The notes under the pieces were generated by a model. That model did no database searches and was not told the DNA's origin. It saw only the letters and a list, made by a program, of their open reading frames with translations. The position numbers and the translations under genes are program-made. 64,000 nt of DNA from Gemmatimonadota bacterium. Its GTDB lineage: Bacteria; Latescibacterota; UBA2968; UBA8231. Location of the stretch: contig JAYOYH010000016.1 in NCBI GenBank assembly GCA_038153405.1, positions 33,823-97,822 of the forward strand, given 5' to 3'. Each line of letters starts with the position of its first letter. Position 1 is the stretch's first letter. This document shows, piece after piece, positions 39,870-50,238 of this stretch.

Positions 39870-41294
39870 CTATACGCCAAGCTGCTTTTTGATCAGTTCC
39901 TGCACGAGTTGGGGGTTGGCTTTGCCGCGCGTGGCCTTCATGACGTGTCCCATGAGAAAGGCGACAGTCTTGAGGTTGCCGGCGCGGATTTTGTCGGCGG
40001 CATCCGGATTGTCGGCTATGGCTTGAGCGACGGCCCCATCTAGTTCGCCGCTGTCGGAAATCTGCACTAACCCTTTGGCTTCGACGATTTCGGCCGGTGT
40101 GCCGCCGCGCTCCCAAATCTCGCCAAAGACCTCGCGCGCCGCATTCTGGTTGATGGTTCCCTTGTACACCAAATCGATCAATTCGGCCAGCGCCCGTGCG
40201 GGGACTTTGATATCGACGCTATCCTCTTCATTGAGTCGGCGAAATACCTCGCCGGTTACCCAATTGGCCACCTGTTTGGCGTCGGTTTCCCCCTGGCGTG
40301 CGGCTTCTTCGAAGTAGGCGGCGATGTGCCGGTCTTCGATGAGCACGGCGATGTCCTGTGGGCTCAAGCCGTATTCATGGACAAAGCGCTGGGCCTTGGC
40401 ATCGGGCAACTCGGGTAGTTCGGCGTGCGCTGCTTCAATCCACTCTGCGGATAGGTGCACATCGAGCAAGTCGGGTTCGGGAAAATAGCGGTAGTCCTCC
40501 GAAGTTTCCTTTGAGCGCTGTTCGCGCGTGGCACTGGTGTTTTCGTCCCAGCCCATGGTCACCTGGCGCACGTGGCCGCCGTCTTCAATGACTTGCTGTT
40601 GGCGCTTCACTTCGTACTCGATGGCATTGCGGACTGCGCGAAAGGAGTTGAGGTTTTTTACTTCTACTTTGGTTCCGTACTCGGTCGATCCTCGAGGTCG
40701 AATGGAGATATTTGCCTCGCAGCGCATGGCGCCCTTCTCCATATCGCCCGTCGATGCACTCAGGTAGCGCACGATCTGGCGAATTTTGGTTAGGTAGGCG
40801 TAGGCTTCTTCGGCAGAGCGAATGGACGAATCGGTGACGATTTCCATCAGCGGAACCCCGGCGCGGTTGTAGTCGACCAGGCTGGAGCGGCCCTCGTGCT
40901 GGAGTTTGCCGGTATCCTCTTCGAGGTGAACGCGCACCACGCCGATGCGCTTGGTATGCCCGTCGACCTCTACATCTACATAGCCATCGGTGCACAGCGG
41001 CAGCTCATACTGCGATACTTGGTAGCCTTTGGGTAGGTCTGGATAGACGTAGTTCTTACGCGCAAAGACGTTATGCGGTTGGATTGCGCAGTGCAGGGCC
41101 ATGCCGGTCATAGCCGTTAGCTGCATGGCTCGCTCGTTGATGACCGGCAGCGCGCCGGGCTGGGCGGTGCATACGGGACACACGTGGGCGTTGGCCGCGA
41201 CGAGAAAGTGGTCGGCTGGACAGCGGCAGAACATCTTGGACTGCGTGTGCAGCTCGACGTGCACTTCCATGCCGATAACGGTTTCATAAGACAC
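39870..41294 (-). CDS. gatB: Asp-tRNA(Asn)/Glu-tRNA(Gln) amidotransferase subunit B
   Basis: [56 protein letters not shown]. Confidence 0.97.
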   Translation of the reverse strand: MSYETVIGMEVHVELHTQSKMFCRCPADHFLVAANAHVCPVCTAQPGALPVINERAMQLTAMTGMALHCAIQPHNVFARKNYVYPDLPKGYQVSQYELPLCTDGYVDVEVDGHTKRIGVVRVHLEEDTGKLQHEGRSSLVDYNRAGVPLMEIVTDSSIRSAEEAYAYLTKIRQIVRYLSASTGDMEKGAMRCEANISIRPRGSTEYGTKVEVKNLNSFRAVRNAIEYEVKRQQQVIEDGGHVRQVTMGWDENTSATREQRSKETSEDYRYFPEPDLLDVHLSAEWIEAAHAELPELPDAKAQRFVHEYGLSPQDIAVLIEDRHIAAYFEEAARQGETDAKQVANWVTGEVFRRLNEEDSVDIKVPARALAELIDLVYKGTINQNAAREVFGEIWERGGTPAEIVEAKGLVQISDSGELDGAVAQAIADNPDAADKIRAGNLKTVAFLMGHVMKATRGKANPQLVQELIKKQLGV

Positions 41295-41386
41295 GATGCA
41301 GAGTCTCCTTGGCGTGGCAAAACGAGTGTAGTCGACTACAAAAAAATGCGCGTTAGCCGTGAATTTGGCCAGTCGGCGCCGCCCGT

Positions 41387-43270
41387 TTAGGCGAAGAGCA
41401 CGTGTGCTCTGAGAAAGGCATCGACGTCGCGGTAAAATCGTTCGATGGTTTCGGGACGGCGCCAGCCGTGTCCCTCGCCCTCGTAGAGATGGTAGGCGTG
41501 TGGCACGCCGCGTCGACGCAGGCTGGCGACGATTTCCTCGGCTTGAGTAGGTGGCACGACGCGGTCCTCGCTGCCTTGGAATAGGGCTATGGGATCGCGC
41601 ATGGCATCGGCGCAGAAAATTGGCGAACGCTCGCGGTAGACCGAGGCGGCCTCGGGCAGTGGGCCGAGCAGTGAGTCGAGATAGCGCGCTTCGAATTTGT
41701 GCGTATCGGCGGCCAGGCTGAAGAGGTTAGAAATTCCATAGAGACAGAGCCCAGCGCGAAAAAAGCCGGGATGGACGGCGAGGGTGCGCAGCACAGTATA
41801 GCCGCCAGCGCTGCCGCCGCACAGCACTAGGCGCTGTGCATCGGCCAAGCCCTCGTCGCACAGATGTTGGGCGCCGCTTAGAGCATCTTCAACGTCGGAT
41901 ACGCCCCAATTGCCGCGCAGGGCTTCCATATAGGAGCGGCCATGACCGGTGCTACCGCGGTAGTCCAGGTCGAGAAAGGCCCAGCCGCGCGTGGCAAAGT
42001 ACTGGGCGCGCGCTTCAAAGCTCATTTCGATGAAGGAGGTAGGGCCGCCGTGCACGTTGACGACTAGCGGCGGTTGGCCGCGGCCGACAAAGCGCTGGCT
42101 GGCTGGAGGATAATAGAGGCCGTATACGGCGCTGCCATCGGCGGTTTTCCACGAAATAGACTCGGGCCGCGATAGCTCTTCGGGGGGGAGCGACTCGCTG
42201 CTGGAACGTGCGCGGACATGCACTTTATCTGTGCTGCAGACGACGATGCGCGCTGGCGTGGCCGGTCCCGAGGCGATGCAGGCCAGCGCGCGTCCGCGCG
42301 GAGCGAGTGCCAGTTGTTCTACGTGGTCGTATGCCGCCATTGCGTCGACCGGTGCGATGGCGCCGCTGTCCATGCACATGCGGTAGATGCGCCTGCCGCC
42401 GCGTTCGCTGCGCACAAAGAAGAGCGCGCCGTCTGCGGAAAATCCGTATGACCGCAGTCCTTGAACCCAGGCGGGAGTCGCCACGTCAAAGGGCTCTGCG
42501 CTGAGGCAACGGTCCTGTCCGGTCGCCAAGTCGCGGCACCACAGCTGGCTCCAGCCGTTGCAATCGGAGGCATATACGAGGTGGCGGCCGTCGGGAGAAA
42601 AACAGGGCTGGGCAACTGATTCATCAGAGCCCCCGGCCACGCTGCACTGCTCCTTTGCAAAGGGCTGACCGTCAGCGCGAAAGCCAACATGGGCTACGAT
42701 AAGGCGCGATCCGTCCCAGGGCATCTGCGGGTGGTCCCACTCAATCCACGCCAGCATACGCCCCTTGGGATGCCAGCACGGCTGCATGTAGAAATCGGCG
42801 CCCTGAGCAAAGATCTGTGGCCAGCGCACGCCTTGGCCATCTACCGCGACGAGGCGGTCGACGCCATCAACGCTGTGCACGTAGATAAGGTGCCGGCCAT
42901 TGGGCGATGGGGTGGGCGCCGCCGCGTGGCCAAAGGGTGGCGTAATGGCCTGTGCTGGTCCTGCCGCCAATGGCTGTCGGTAAATGCGCCCGCCGTTTTC
43001 GACGAAGTAGACGTGGCCGGCGGAGACGGCAAAGTCGCCGCCGCCGTAGCCAACCTGAGCGCGCACCGACAAGTCGCCGTTGAGATCGCGCGGTGCGCTG
43101 GTGCCGCGCTGGCAGACGAGCGCGCCGTGCGCGCCGCGTCCCTCTAGCCAGACCAGCGTTTGTCCATCGGAGTCCCAAGCAACATCGCGCAGGCGCTTGG
43201 CCTGCGACAGAGCGACCGGATCGAGGTCGCTAGTCCAGAGGCCAAAAGGGCGCTCCTGGCGATCAGACAT
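41387..43270 (-). CDS. S9 family peptidase (prolyl oligopeptidase/dipeptidyl peptidase-like)
   Basis: HGGP, DYRGSTG.GR, GGSAGG, QG.ED.VVP, EGHG. Confidence 0.93.
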   Translation of the reverse strand: MSDRQERPFGLWTSDLDPVALSQAKRLRDVAWDSDGQTLVWLEGRGAHGALVCQRGTSAPRDLNGDLSVRAQVGYGGGDFAVSAGHVYFVENGGRIYRQPLAAGPAQAITPPFGHAAAPTPSPNGRHLIYVHSVDGVDRLVAVDGQGVRWPQIFAQGADFYMQPCWHPKGRMLAWIEWDHPQMPWDGSRLIVAHVGFRADGQPFAKEQCSVAGGSDESVAQPCFSPDGRHLVYASDCNGWSQLWCRDLATGQDRCLSAEPFDVATPAWVQGLRSYGFSADGALFFVRSERGGRRIYRMCMDSGAIAPVDAMAAYDHVEQLALAPRGRALACIASGPATPARIVVCSTDKVHVRARSSSESLPPEELSRPESISWKTADGSAVYGLYYPPASQRFVGRGQPPLVVNVHGGPTSFIEMSFEARAQYFATRGWAFLDLDYRGSTGHGRSYMEALRGNWGVSDVEDALSGAQHLCDEGLADAQRLVLCGGSAGGYTVLRTLAVHPGFFRAGLCLYGISNLFSLAADTHKFEARYLDSLLGPLPEAASVYRERSPIFCADAMRDPIALFQGSEDRVVPPTQAEEIVASLRRRGVPHAYHLYEGEGHGWRRPETIERFYRDVDAFLRAHVLFA

Positions 43271-43637
43271 GCTCCATCAATTCGATTTTTACGTGATCGG
43301 GCCCGTTGATAAAGACGATGCGCATGCCGTTTTCCAACTGCACTGGCCCCATCCAGATGGAGACGCCGTGCCGCTCAATTTCGGCCAGAGTCGCGTCGAA
43401 ATCGTCGGTGACAAGGGCGAAGTGGTCGAATCCTTGGTAGCGGCCCAATTCCATATTGGCGAAATCGCGATCGGTGACGGTGATCTGCACCGAGCCGATA
43501 TAGACCTGGACCCAGGTGGCGCCGCCGCGCTCAAAGGGGGCGTCGGAGGTTGCGTTGAAAAACTTTTTGTACCAGGCGACGGTTTCGTCTACGTTCTTCG
43601 TTTCGTGATGAATGTGGTTAAACGTGTAATTGGGCAT
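43263..43637 (-). CDS. VOC/glyoxalase family protein
   Basis: FNHIH, DHFAL...D.D, F..GPD.V.IEL. Confidence 0.88.
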   Translation of the reverse strand: MPNYTFNHIHHETKNVDETVAWYKKFFNATSDAPFERGGATWVQVYIGSVQITVTDRDFANMELGRYQGFDHFALVTDDFDATLAEIERHGVSIWMGPVQLENGMRIVFINGPDHVKIELMEHV

Positions 43638-43648
43638 GGCGTCCTCGA

Positions 43649-44794
43649 TTATAGGTGTGGTTTTTTGCGAAAGCGTGCATACGCATCGCTCTCTAATAGG
43701 TCGTTGAGTGCGATGCGCTGGCCGCCTAATTCGTCAGAGATATTGGCGCCGAGCACGGCGGCGTGGCTGTTGATACTCGACGCAAACGTATTGCGCAGCG
43801 GCGCTTCGCTCTGCTCTTTGACCGCTTGAACAAAGGCGCGGCTGATTTCCAGCGTGTTGTTGTTGCGCGCGCCCAATGCCAGCGGATGGCGCAGCGAGGA
43901 CGAATCGACATGGCCCTCGGGTGGGTAGGGACCGTCGTAGTAGTAGGCGACGGGACCGTCCCCCTCCAGCTTTAAGTGGCCGCGATCCCAGGTTATATCC
44001 TGATAGGAATCGCCCCAGAATGTCTTGCGCAGGCGGCACATCATTAGATTGGCAATCATGCCGCAGGCAAAGCCGTAGGTCACGGAATAAGCGTAGGGGT
44101 TATCGCCGCCGTCCTCTATATCGTCCTCATCGCGGTGGATATAGCGCGCCTCTACCCAGTCGATATCGCCGGCCCAGTAGCGCATCAGGTCCGTCTGGTG
44201 AATCCCCGCCTCGACGATGGTGCCACCTGACCAGGAGCGGTTGGCTGCCCACACGCGGTTTTGCGGGCCGCCGATGGCCTCGGTGCGCGTGTGCTTGACC
44301 GAGTGCGACTCCAGTGTGCCATTGACTACGTTGGTCATCATCACTAAGCGCTTGTCGGCGAGAAAATCGCGCATACCCGCGTGCCAGTTGTCGTGGCGCT
44401 GGTTAAAGCCGACGGTGGAGAGCACGCCTGCCCGCTCTATGGTGCGCTGCATTTCCAGCGCTTCGTCTAGAAAGAGGCTAACGGGTTTTTCGACGAAGAG
44501 ATGCACGCCTTTTTCGGCTGCGCGCAGAACTTCGCCCTCGTGCAGCGAAGGGGGGATGGCAAAGTAAATCGCGTCGAGGTTACCCGCGGCAAAGAAATCG
44601 GCAAAACGGGTGTAGATGCGCGTGTCGCCCATGCGAAATCCGTCGACGTAGCGAGCAATTTTATCTTCGGCGAGGTTTTCTGGGGATGGATCGCACAGCG
44701 CCGCGATTTCGGCATCGTCGATTTGCCAGAGTGAGTTGAGGTGCTGGAGGCCGCGTTGGCCGAGGCCGACGATGCCAATTTTTACTGGGCTCAT
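43649..44794 (-). CDS. Gfo/Idh/MocA oxidoreductase
   Basis: GIVGLGQRG, FVEKP, SGG..VE..IH..D. Confidence 0.85.
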   Translation of the reverse strand: MSPVKIGIVGLGQRGLQHLNSLWQIDDAEIAALCDPSPENLAEDKIARYVDGFRMGDTRIYTRFADFFAAGNLDAIYFAIPPSLHEGEVLRAAEKGVHLFVEKPVSLFLDEALEMQRTIERAGVLSTVGFNQRHDNWHAGMRDFLADKRLVMMTNVVNGTLESHSVKHTRTEAIGGPQNRVWAANRSWSGGTIVEAGIHQTDLMRYWAGDIDWVEARYIHRDEDDIEDGGDNPYAYSVTYGFACGMIANLMMCRLRKTFWGDSYQDITWDRGHLKLEGDGPVAYYYDGPYPPEGHVDSSSLRHPLALGARNNNTLEISRAFVQAVKEQSEAPLRNTFASSINSHAAVLGANISDELGGQRIALNDLLESDAYARFRKKPHL

Positions 44795-44912
44795 GTGGTA
44801 TCTCCTGTAGCAATGCGCCGCTGAAACTTTGCAAAAAAGACGGTGCTGTCAAGAGGTGTTTGCCGTGCGCTGCATATATTTGTACACTTGTTGGAGGTAT
44901 GGAAAAACGAGC

Positions 44913-45464
44913 ATGAATCAGCGCATATTAGATCCCGAATGGGAAAATATCTTTCGCCGTGCGGACGACGAGCGCGCGCCTATTGTCGAGGTGCTCAGTC
45001 ACGTTCCCATCTTCAGCCTGCTCAGTCGCAGCGAACTACTGCTCATTGCGCGCGCAGTGCACGTGCGCCATTACGCGGCCGGCGAGGTCGTGGTGCGGCG
45101 CGGCGTTTCACAGTCCGGCTTCTACGTCATACATAGTGGATCGGTCCATATCGTGCACGGCGATGGCCACGTCGTCGGCACGCTAAATGCCCTAGAACTG
45201 ATCGGCGAATTTGCCCTGCTCAACGACAGCCCGCGATCGTCGTCGTTAGTGGCGGCAGAACCGAGCGAACTCATCGGCTTTTTTAAACCGGACCTGATGA
45301 ATATTCTCGTGACGCGGCCGGCATTGGGCTGCAAGATCACTCTGCGCCTAGCCGAAGAGATGGCGCAGAGTCTGCAGGTCGACTACATCCGCCTGCGCGC
45401 AATGGGATATCCCTTTGTTGCCGGGCAGAATATCAGAGCGGAAATGGACCCAACTGCCCTGTGA
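44913..45464 (+). CDS. Cyclic nucleotide-binding domain protein
   Basis: VPIFS.L, G.V, GEFALL..SPRSSS..A phosphate-binding cassette. Confidence 0.85.
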   Translation: MNQRILDPEWENIFRRADDERAPIVEVLSHVPIFSLLSRSELLLIARAVHVRHYAAGEVVVRRGVSQSGFYVIHSGSVHIVHGDGHVVGTLNALELIGEFALLNDSPRSSSLVAAEPSELIGFFKPDLMNILVTRPALGCKITLRLAEEMAQSLQVDYIRLRAMGYPFVAGQNIRAEMDPTAL

Positions 45465-45838
45465 TGAATAAGATGAACAAGAAAAAGACGCGATCCAAAA
45501 AAAAGATGAACGGCAAGTCCTCAAGCGAGAAGTCTTCGCTGCTCACGCGGCTTTTTGGCGGCGCCAAGAAAAAAGGGGACAAGGCAAAACCGTCAGCGCC
45601 AAAAGCCAAGGCAAAGCCGCTGACGCCCCTGCAGCGCTCTATTGCCGAAATCCAGCAGATGACGAAAATCGGTCAGCGAGACCCAGAGCGCCTGGCGCAG
45701 TTGCTCATCACCATGTTGGGCAAAGAGCGCGCCAGAGAAGAGGCCGACAAACAGCAGTTCGACCAGCAGGTGTGGGATATCATCCACCGCGATGAGGAAA
45801 AAAAGGCGGGGGATGCCGCCGACGGACAATCCGCCTAA
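45461..45838 (+). CDS. Hypothetical Lys-rich protein
   Basis: Overlaps the upstream stop (GTGA); coding-like ORF; start uncertain. Confidence 0.6.
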   Translation: MMNKMNKKKTRSKKKMNGKSSSEKSSLLTRLFGGAKKKGDKAKPSAPKAKAKPLTPLQRSIAEIQQMTKIGQRDPERLAQLLITMLGKERAREEADKQQFDQQVWDIIHRDEEKKAGDAADGQSA

Positions 45839-45898
45839 ATCCCGTTATTCACGATGGGCGTTAGCGGTTCCCAGTGGACTGAAGACCGGTGTGCTGCC

Positions 45899-46720
45899 TC
45901 ATGCGATCGCGTCGCAGATGCCTTTGAGATAGTGCAGGCTGCCGGCTGCAATGGTGCGCGGATCGGGGGCGAAATCGAATACTTCCACGGATACATAGCG
46001 CTGGTAGTTTAGTTCGTTGAGCGTTTTCATCACAGCGGTGAAGTCCGTCTCGCCGAAGCCAGGCCCGCGCTTGTTGGCGTCGTTGACGTGCACGTGGTAT
46101 AAGTGCTCTCCCGAGTCGCGCAGCAGCTGAGCAACGGCAATGTCTTCGGTCGAACCCGAGCACACGTCGACCATGGTGCGGAAGTTGGGGTGATCGATTT
46201 CGGCGACCATGCGCCGCGCCTCCTCACAGGTCGATATGATATTGGTCTGAGCCTTGCTCAGCGATTCGATGCACAGGTAGACGCCGTGCGCTTCGGCCAG
46301 GTCGAGGCTGGCTTCGAAGGCGGCGCGCATGCGCTGCCAGCACGCTTCCCTATCCCAGCCCTCCTGCACATTGCGCTGCATGGGCGAGCCGATAATCATC
46401 ACCTGACCCCCGAGATCGCCGCAGAACTGCACTAAGCTTCTGAAATAGTCGCGCGTGCGCTGGTATATGGCGTCGTCGGGATGGGTTATGTAGAGTCCCT
46501 CCGGGCTGGCCAGCAGCCAGTGCAGACCGACGATTTCCACGCCGCTGCGCTCGGCTGCTGCGCGTATCTGGCTGCGGCGCTGGGCCGAGATATCCTCGAC
46601 GCTCTTTTCGATGGCAAACGGGGCGATTTCCACGCCGTCGTAGCCGAGATCGGCCGCATAGGAAAAGACGTCTTCGATCGCCCACCCCTCAAAGTATTCG
46701 TTGCACGTGGCAAATTTCAT
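45899..46720 (-). CDS. Sugar phosphate isomerase/epimerase (D-psicose/D-tagatose 3-epimerase-like TIM barrel)
   Basis: GYDGVEIAP, CIE, HVHVND..KRGPG.G..DF, VSVEVF. Confidence 0.85.
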   Translation of the reverse strand: MKFATCNEYFEGWAIEDVFSYAADLGYDGVEIAPFAIEKSVEDISAQRRSQIRAAAERSGVEIVGLHWLLASPEGLYITHPDDAIYQRTRDYFRSLVQFCGDLGGQVMIIGSPMQRNVQEGWDREACWQRMRAAFEASLDLAEAHGVYLCIESLSKAQTNIISTCEEARRMVAEIDHPNFRTMVDVCSGSTEDIAVAQLLRDSGEHLYHVHVNDANKRGPGFGETDFTAVMKTLNELNYQRYVSVEVFDFAPDPRTIAAGSLHYLKGICDAIA

Positions 46721-46954
46721 GCGATTTCTCCAGTCAGTGCGTGCCGACGGACCCAAACCGCTTTCCGCTGCACAGCTCGATGCGATAATAATGGATGAAA
46801 AGATACAGTTTGGTCAGATCCTTTCAAGCGCTTGAAACAAACGCGTGTAATACGGGAGGCGCAATAGGGTCGGTAGCGTTACAGCGACCTGTCTGGCCAA
46901 GCCGTATAATCGGTCGGCACGCGCGTTGCATGGTCGCTGTAAAAGGAGGGGGCC

Positions 46955-48490
46955 ATGTGGCAAGTACTCTTTTTGTTGGTTGCGTCGGCGACGTCGTTTG
47001 CGGCCGTAGTGGACGAAGTAGAAGATGGCGCAGTGCTGCTGCGCGTCCTCGATGACGAGCGCGGTGCAGATCGCGTGAGGGTGCGCTGGCGACTGCGCGG
47101 TTGGAATGGGGTACAGGCCTATCAACGCGTTGAGTGGCAGGACAGCACGCGCGCGTTCTTTCTTCTACACGAGCGCGATGCTGGCGAAGAGTGGTGGGAC
47201 TTTGTCTCTTTGCACTGGGCGCAAAAAGGGCGCTGGGGCGAACTGGCCATTGGCGATATACAGCCGAAAGTCGGTGGGGGACTGCTGTGGGGGCGCGGTC
47301 GTCACAGCAGCACGGCGGCGCGTTGGTCGCTGCGCGACAGCCGCCACTTGGGCTACCGCTCGGCGGTGGAAAACGGCACCGTGCGCGGTGTGGCGTGGCG
47401 GCAGCGGTTCGGAGTGTGGCAGTGGGTAGTGCTGGGAGGACGCGCTCAATTTGACGCGCGCAGCGACGGGACTGGACGCGTTGTGTCTCTGCCAGAAAGC
47501 GGGCTGCACGTCTCGCTCACCGAGCGCCGGGGGCGCAAAGCGCTGAGCGCCGATGTGGCCGGGCTGAGCCTGCAGCGCGTGGCAAGCGGTAGCCGCTTTG
47601 GTGCCGTACTGCAATTTACAGGCTTTTCGCGCTGCTTGGATCTGCGCCGGCAGGGCCGCACGCCGTGGGACTTTGTCGGCAACAGACAGGCACTGTGGTC
47701 TATCGACGCAGCGCGGCGTTCAAGAGCTGGCGAGTGGGCGGGCGAAATGGGCTGCGCGGCCGATGGCCACTGTGCCGGGTTGGCGCAGTGGCACCGGCGC
47801 TGGGGAAGGCGCTATGCGCGGCTGCTCGTGCGCTATTATTCGGCCGAGTTTCGCTCTTTTTTTTCTGCGGTGCCGAGTGCGTCGACGGCACAAAACGAAG
47901 TCGGAGCAGCACTCGTATTCGGAGCTCGAGCGCTAAGGGCCTATGCCGATATCTATCGACGGCCACAGCGGTCGTATTTTCTGCCCGTAGCGGCCACGCA
48001 TGCCAGGTGGGGAGGCGATGGTCGCTGGCGCACAGACATCGGGCGCGTGCGCGTGGTGCTGCGCGGCACGCGCAGACCGGCGTGGGTCGACGGCCAGGTG
48101 CGCGCCGAATATCGGATGCGCGGCTATGTCGACATTGAGCGCGGGAAGTGGGCCGTGCAGAGTCAACTGGCGCGCTGGCAGAGAGGGGGAGCACCCGTTG
48201 AGTGGGGACGCGCATTGTCTCTGCGCTGGCGCGTTCAGCAGCGCGCGTGGCGTGGGGTGATGCACGCCAGCACTTTTCTTTCGGACTCCTTTGCCAGTCG
48301 CCTCTACGAATACGAGTACGATGTGCCGGGTGCCGTCACCATACGGCCCCTCTACGGGCGCGGAGAACGAGTCTACGCTCTAGTGGGCCGGCGCTGGGGA
48401 GGCGTGCATATATTCGTGCGCTATCGCCTGCAGCGCGATGTGCGCTGGCGCCATTACGGCGGGGCGCTGGTAGAATGGGCCGCTGATTGA
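46955..48490 (+). CDS. Putative outer-membrane beta-barrel protein
   Basis: Signal peptide, W/Y/R-rich alternating strands, RLYEYEYD...YGRGER.Y; SD AGGAGG. Confidence 0.6.
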   Translation: MWQVLFLLVASATSFAAVVDEVEDGAVLLRVLDDERGADRVRVRWRLRGWNGVQAYQRVEWQDSTRAFFLLHERDAGEEWWDFVSLHWAQKGRWGELAIGDIQPKVGGGLLWGRGRHSSTAARWSLRDSRHLGYRSAVENGTVRGVAWRQRFGVWQWVVLGGRAQFDARSDGTGRVVSLPESGLHVSLTERRGRKALSADVAGLSLQRVASGSRFGAVLQFTGFSRCLDLRRQGRTPWDFVGNRQALWSIDAARRSRAGEWAGEMGCAADGHCAGLAQWHRRWGRRYARLLVRYYSAEFRSFFSAVPSASTAQNEVGAALVFGARALRAYADIYRRPQRSYFLPVAATHARWGGDGRWRTDIGRVRVVLRGTRRPAWVDGQVRAEYRMRGYVDIERGKWAVQSQLARWQRGGAPVEWGRALSLRWRVQQRAWRGVMHASTFLSDSFASRLYEYEYDVPGAVTIRPLYGRGERVYALVGRRWGGVHIFVRYRLQRDVRWRHYGGALVEWAAD

Positions 48491-48552
48491 CAAGGCCCAT
48501 CGACATAGATACCTTGGCAGTGACACCTGTTCTCACCCACCGCTAATCCATA

Positions 48553-50094
48553 ATGTCTACGAGCGAAGAACGTCAATCTGCCCTAGAAGATCGGCTGCGC
48601 CGCCTCAACGAAATTGGCATCGCGCTGTCTTCTGTGCAGAACGATCTCGGATCTCTATTAGAGCGCATTCTGCAGGAAGCTCGCCGCTTTACGCGCGCAG
48701 AGGCCGGCACGCTCTACTTAGTTAAAGACGATGTGCTGACGTTTGAGATTGCGCAAAACGACAGGCTGCGCATCGCTTTGGGCGGCCGCCGTGGCAAAGT
48801 CGATATCCCTCCGGTGCCGATCAACAAGGAGAGTGTATCGGGCTATGTCGCGACGACGGGCGAGGTGCTCAATATCGCCGACGTCTACGCCGAGAGTGAG
48901 AGTCACTTTGAGGGCCCGAAGAGCTACGATCGCATGACGGGCTACCACACGCGATCGCTCTTGGTCGTGCCGATGCGCGATCACGAAAACCAGATCATCG
49001 GCGTGCTGCAATTGCTCAATGCGCTCGACAGACAGGACAACGCCGTTGCCTTTTCCGGGCAAGACGAAGCGCTGGTTGAGTCGATGGCGTCGCAGGCCGC
49101 CGTGGCGATTAACAACGTGCGCCTCATACGCGAAACGGAAGCGCTTTTTGAGGCCTTTGTTCGGGTGATGGCGACAGCTATCGACGAGCGCTCCCCCTAC
49201 ACGGGTGGTCATATTCGCCGCGTTGCCGAATTGACCATGGTCGTCGCCCAGGCGGTCAACGAGTGTGCGGAAGGGCCGCTATCCGCGGTGCAGTTTAGCC
49301 AAGATGAGATGGAAGAGCTGCGCATCGCTGCTTGGATGCACGATATCGGCAAGATCACAACGCCGGAATGGGTCGTCGACAAGCCGACTAAGCTGACGAC
49401 GATTTTCGACCGCGTGGAGCTGCTGCGTGCACGCTTCGCCCTCATGGTCCAGAGCGTCGAGTTGCAGGTGGCGCGCGGTCAGCTCGACGGCGAGGAGGGC
49501 GCGCGGTGTCGAGCGGCTATCGAGGACGATATGGCCTTTGTCGAGCGCGCTAATCTGCCGGGCGAGTTCATGGAAGACGCCGATCTGGAGCGCTTGGGTG
49601 AGATTGCCCAACGGACCTATGAAATCGCCGGCCAGGAGCGACCTTGCATCACCGAAGAGGAATTGGTCAATCTGCGCATACGCAAGGGCAGCCTCACGGA
49701 TGGCGAGCGCCAGAAGATCAACGATCACGCGGCGATGAGCATGAAGATGCTCAGGCAAATACCGTTTACGCGCAAACTGCAGCGCGTGCCGGAGATCGCC
49801 GGTGCGCATCACGAAAAACTCGATGGCAGTGGATATCCGCTGGGGCTAAAAGCCGACGAGATCGACGTGCAGTCACGCATACTCGCCCTAGTCGATATCT
49901 TCGAATCGCTCTGCGCCGACGATCGACCCTATCGCGCCCAGCCTATGCCGCGCGAGGTCGTTTTGCGCATTCTTACATCCATGGTAGACGACAATCATAT
50001 CGACCGCGATGTATATGAACTTTTTCTGCGCGAGGGGCTCGATGCAAAGCTCGATGAAATCAAGGCGAAGATGAGCGGAGAACGGCGTGAGTGA
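48553..50094 (+). CDS. GAF + HD-GYP cyclic di-nucleotide phosphodiesterase
   Basis: GAF (Y.TRSLLVVPM...IGVLQLLN); YTGGH..RV; HDIGK; HHEKLDGSGYP. Confidence 0.92.
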   Translation: MSTSEERQSALEDRLRRLNEIGIALSSVQNDLGSLLERILQEARRFTRAEAGTLYLVKDDVLTFEIAQNDRLRIALGGRRGKVDIPPVPINKESVSGYVATTGEVLNIADVYAESESHFEGPKSYDRMTGYHTRSLLVVPMRDHENQIIGVLQLLNALDRQDNAVAFSGQDEALVESMASQAAVAINNVRLIRETEALFEAFVRVMATAIDERSPYTGGHIRRVAELTMVVAQAVNECAEGPLSAVQFSQDEMEELRIAAWMHDIGKITTPEWVVDKPTKLTTIFDRVELLRARFALMVQSVELQVARGQLDGEEGARCRAAIEDDMAFVERANLPGEFMEDADLERLGEIAQRTYEIAGQERPCITEEELVNLRIRKGSLTDGERQKINDHAAMSMKMLRQIPFTRKLQRVPEIAGAHHEKLDGSGYPLGLKADEIDVQSRILALVDIFESLCADDRPYRAQPMPREVVLRILTSMVDDNHIDRDVYELFLREGLDAKLDEIKAKMSGERRE

Positions 50095-50114
50095 AGCTCG
50101 GTTTATCGCATTCG

Positions 50115-50157
50115 AGATCCGCTTTCCGCACCGTTCGGGAAGCGGATCTTTCTTTTT
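50115..50157 (+). terminator. Intrinsic terminator
   Basis: AGATCCGCTTTCCG...CGGGAAGCGGATCT followed by TTCTTTTT. Confidence 0.75.
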
Positions 50158-50238
50158 CCCCCATCGCATCTTTAGCGTCTATAGATAGGCTCGTATTGAA
50201 TCTATTGTCCCCCCGCATATTTCGAGTATCTATATAGT

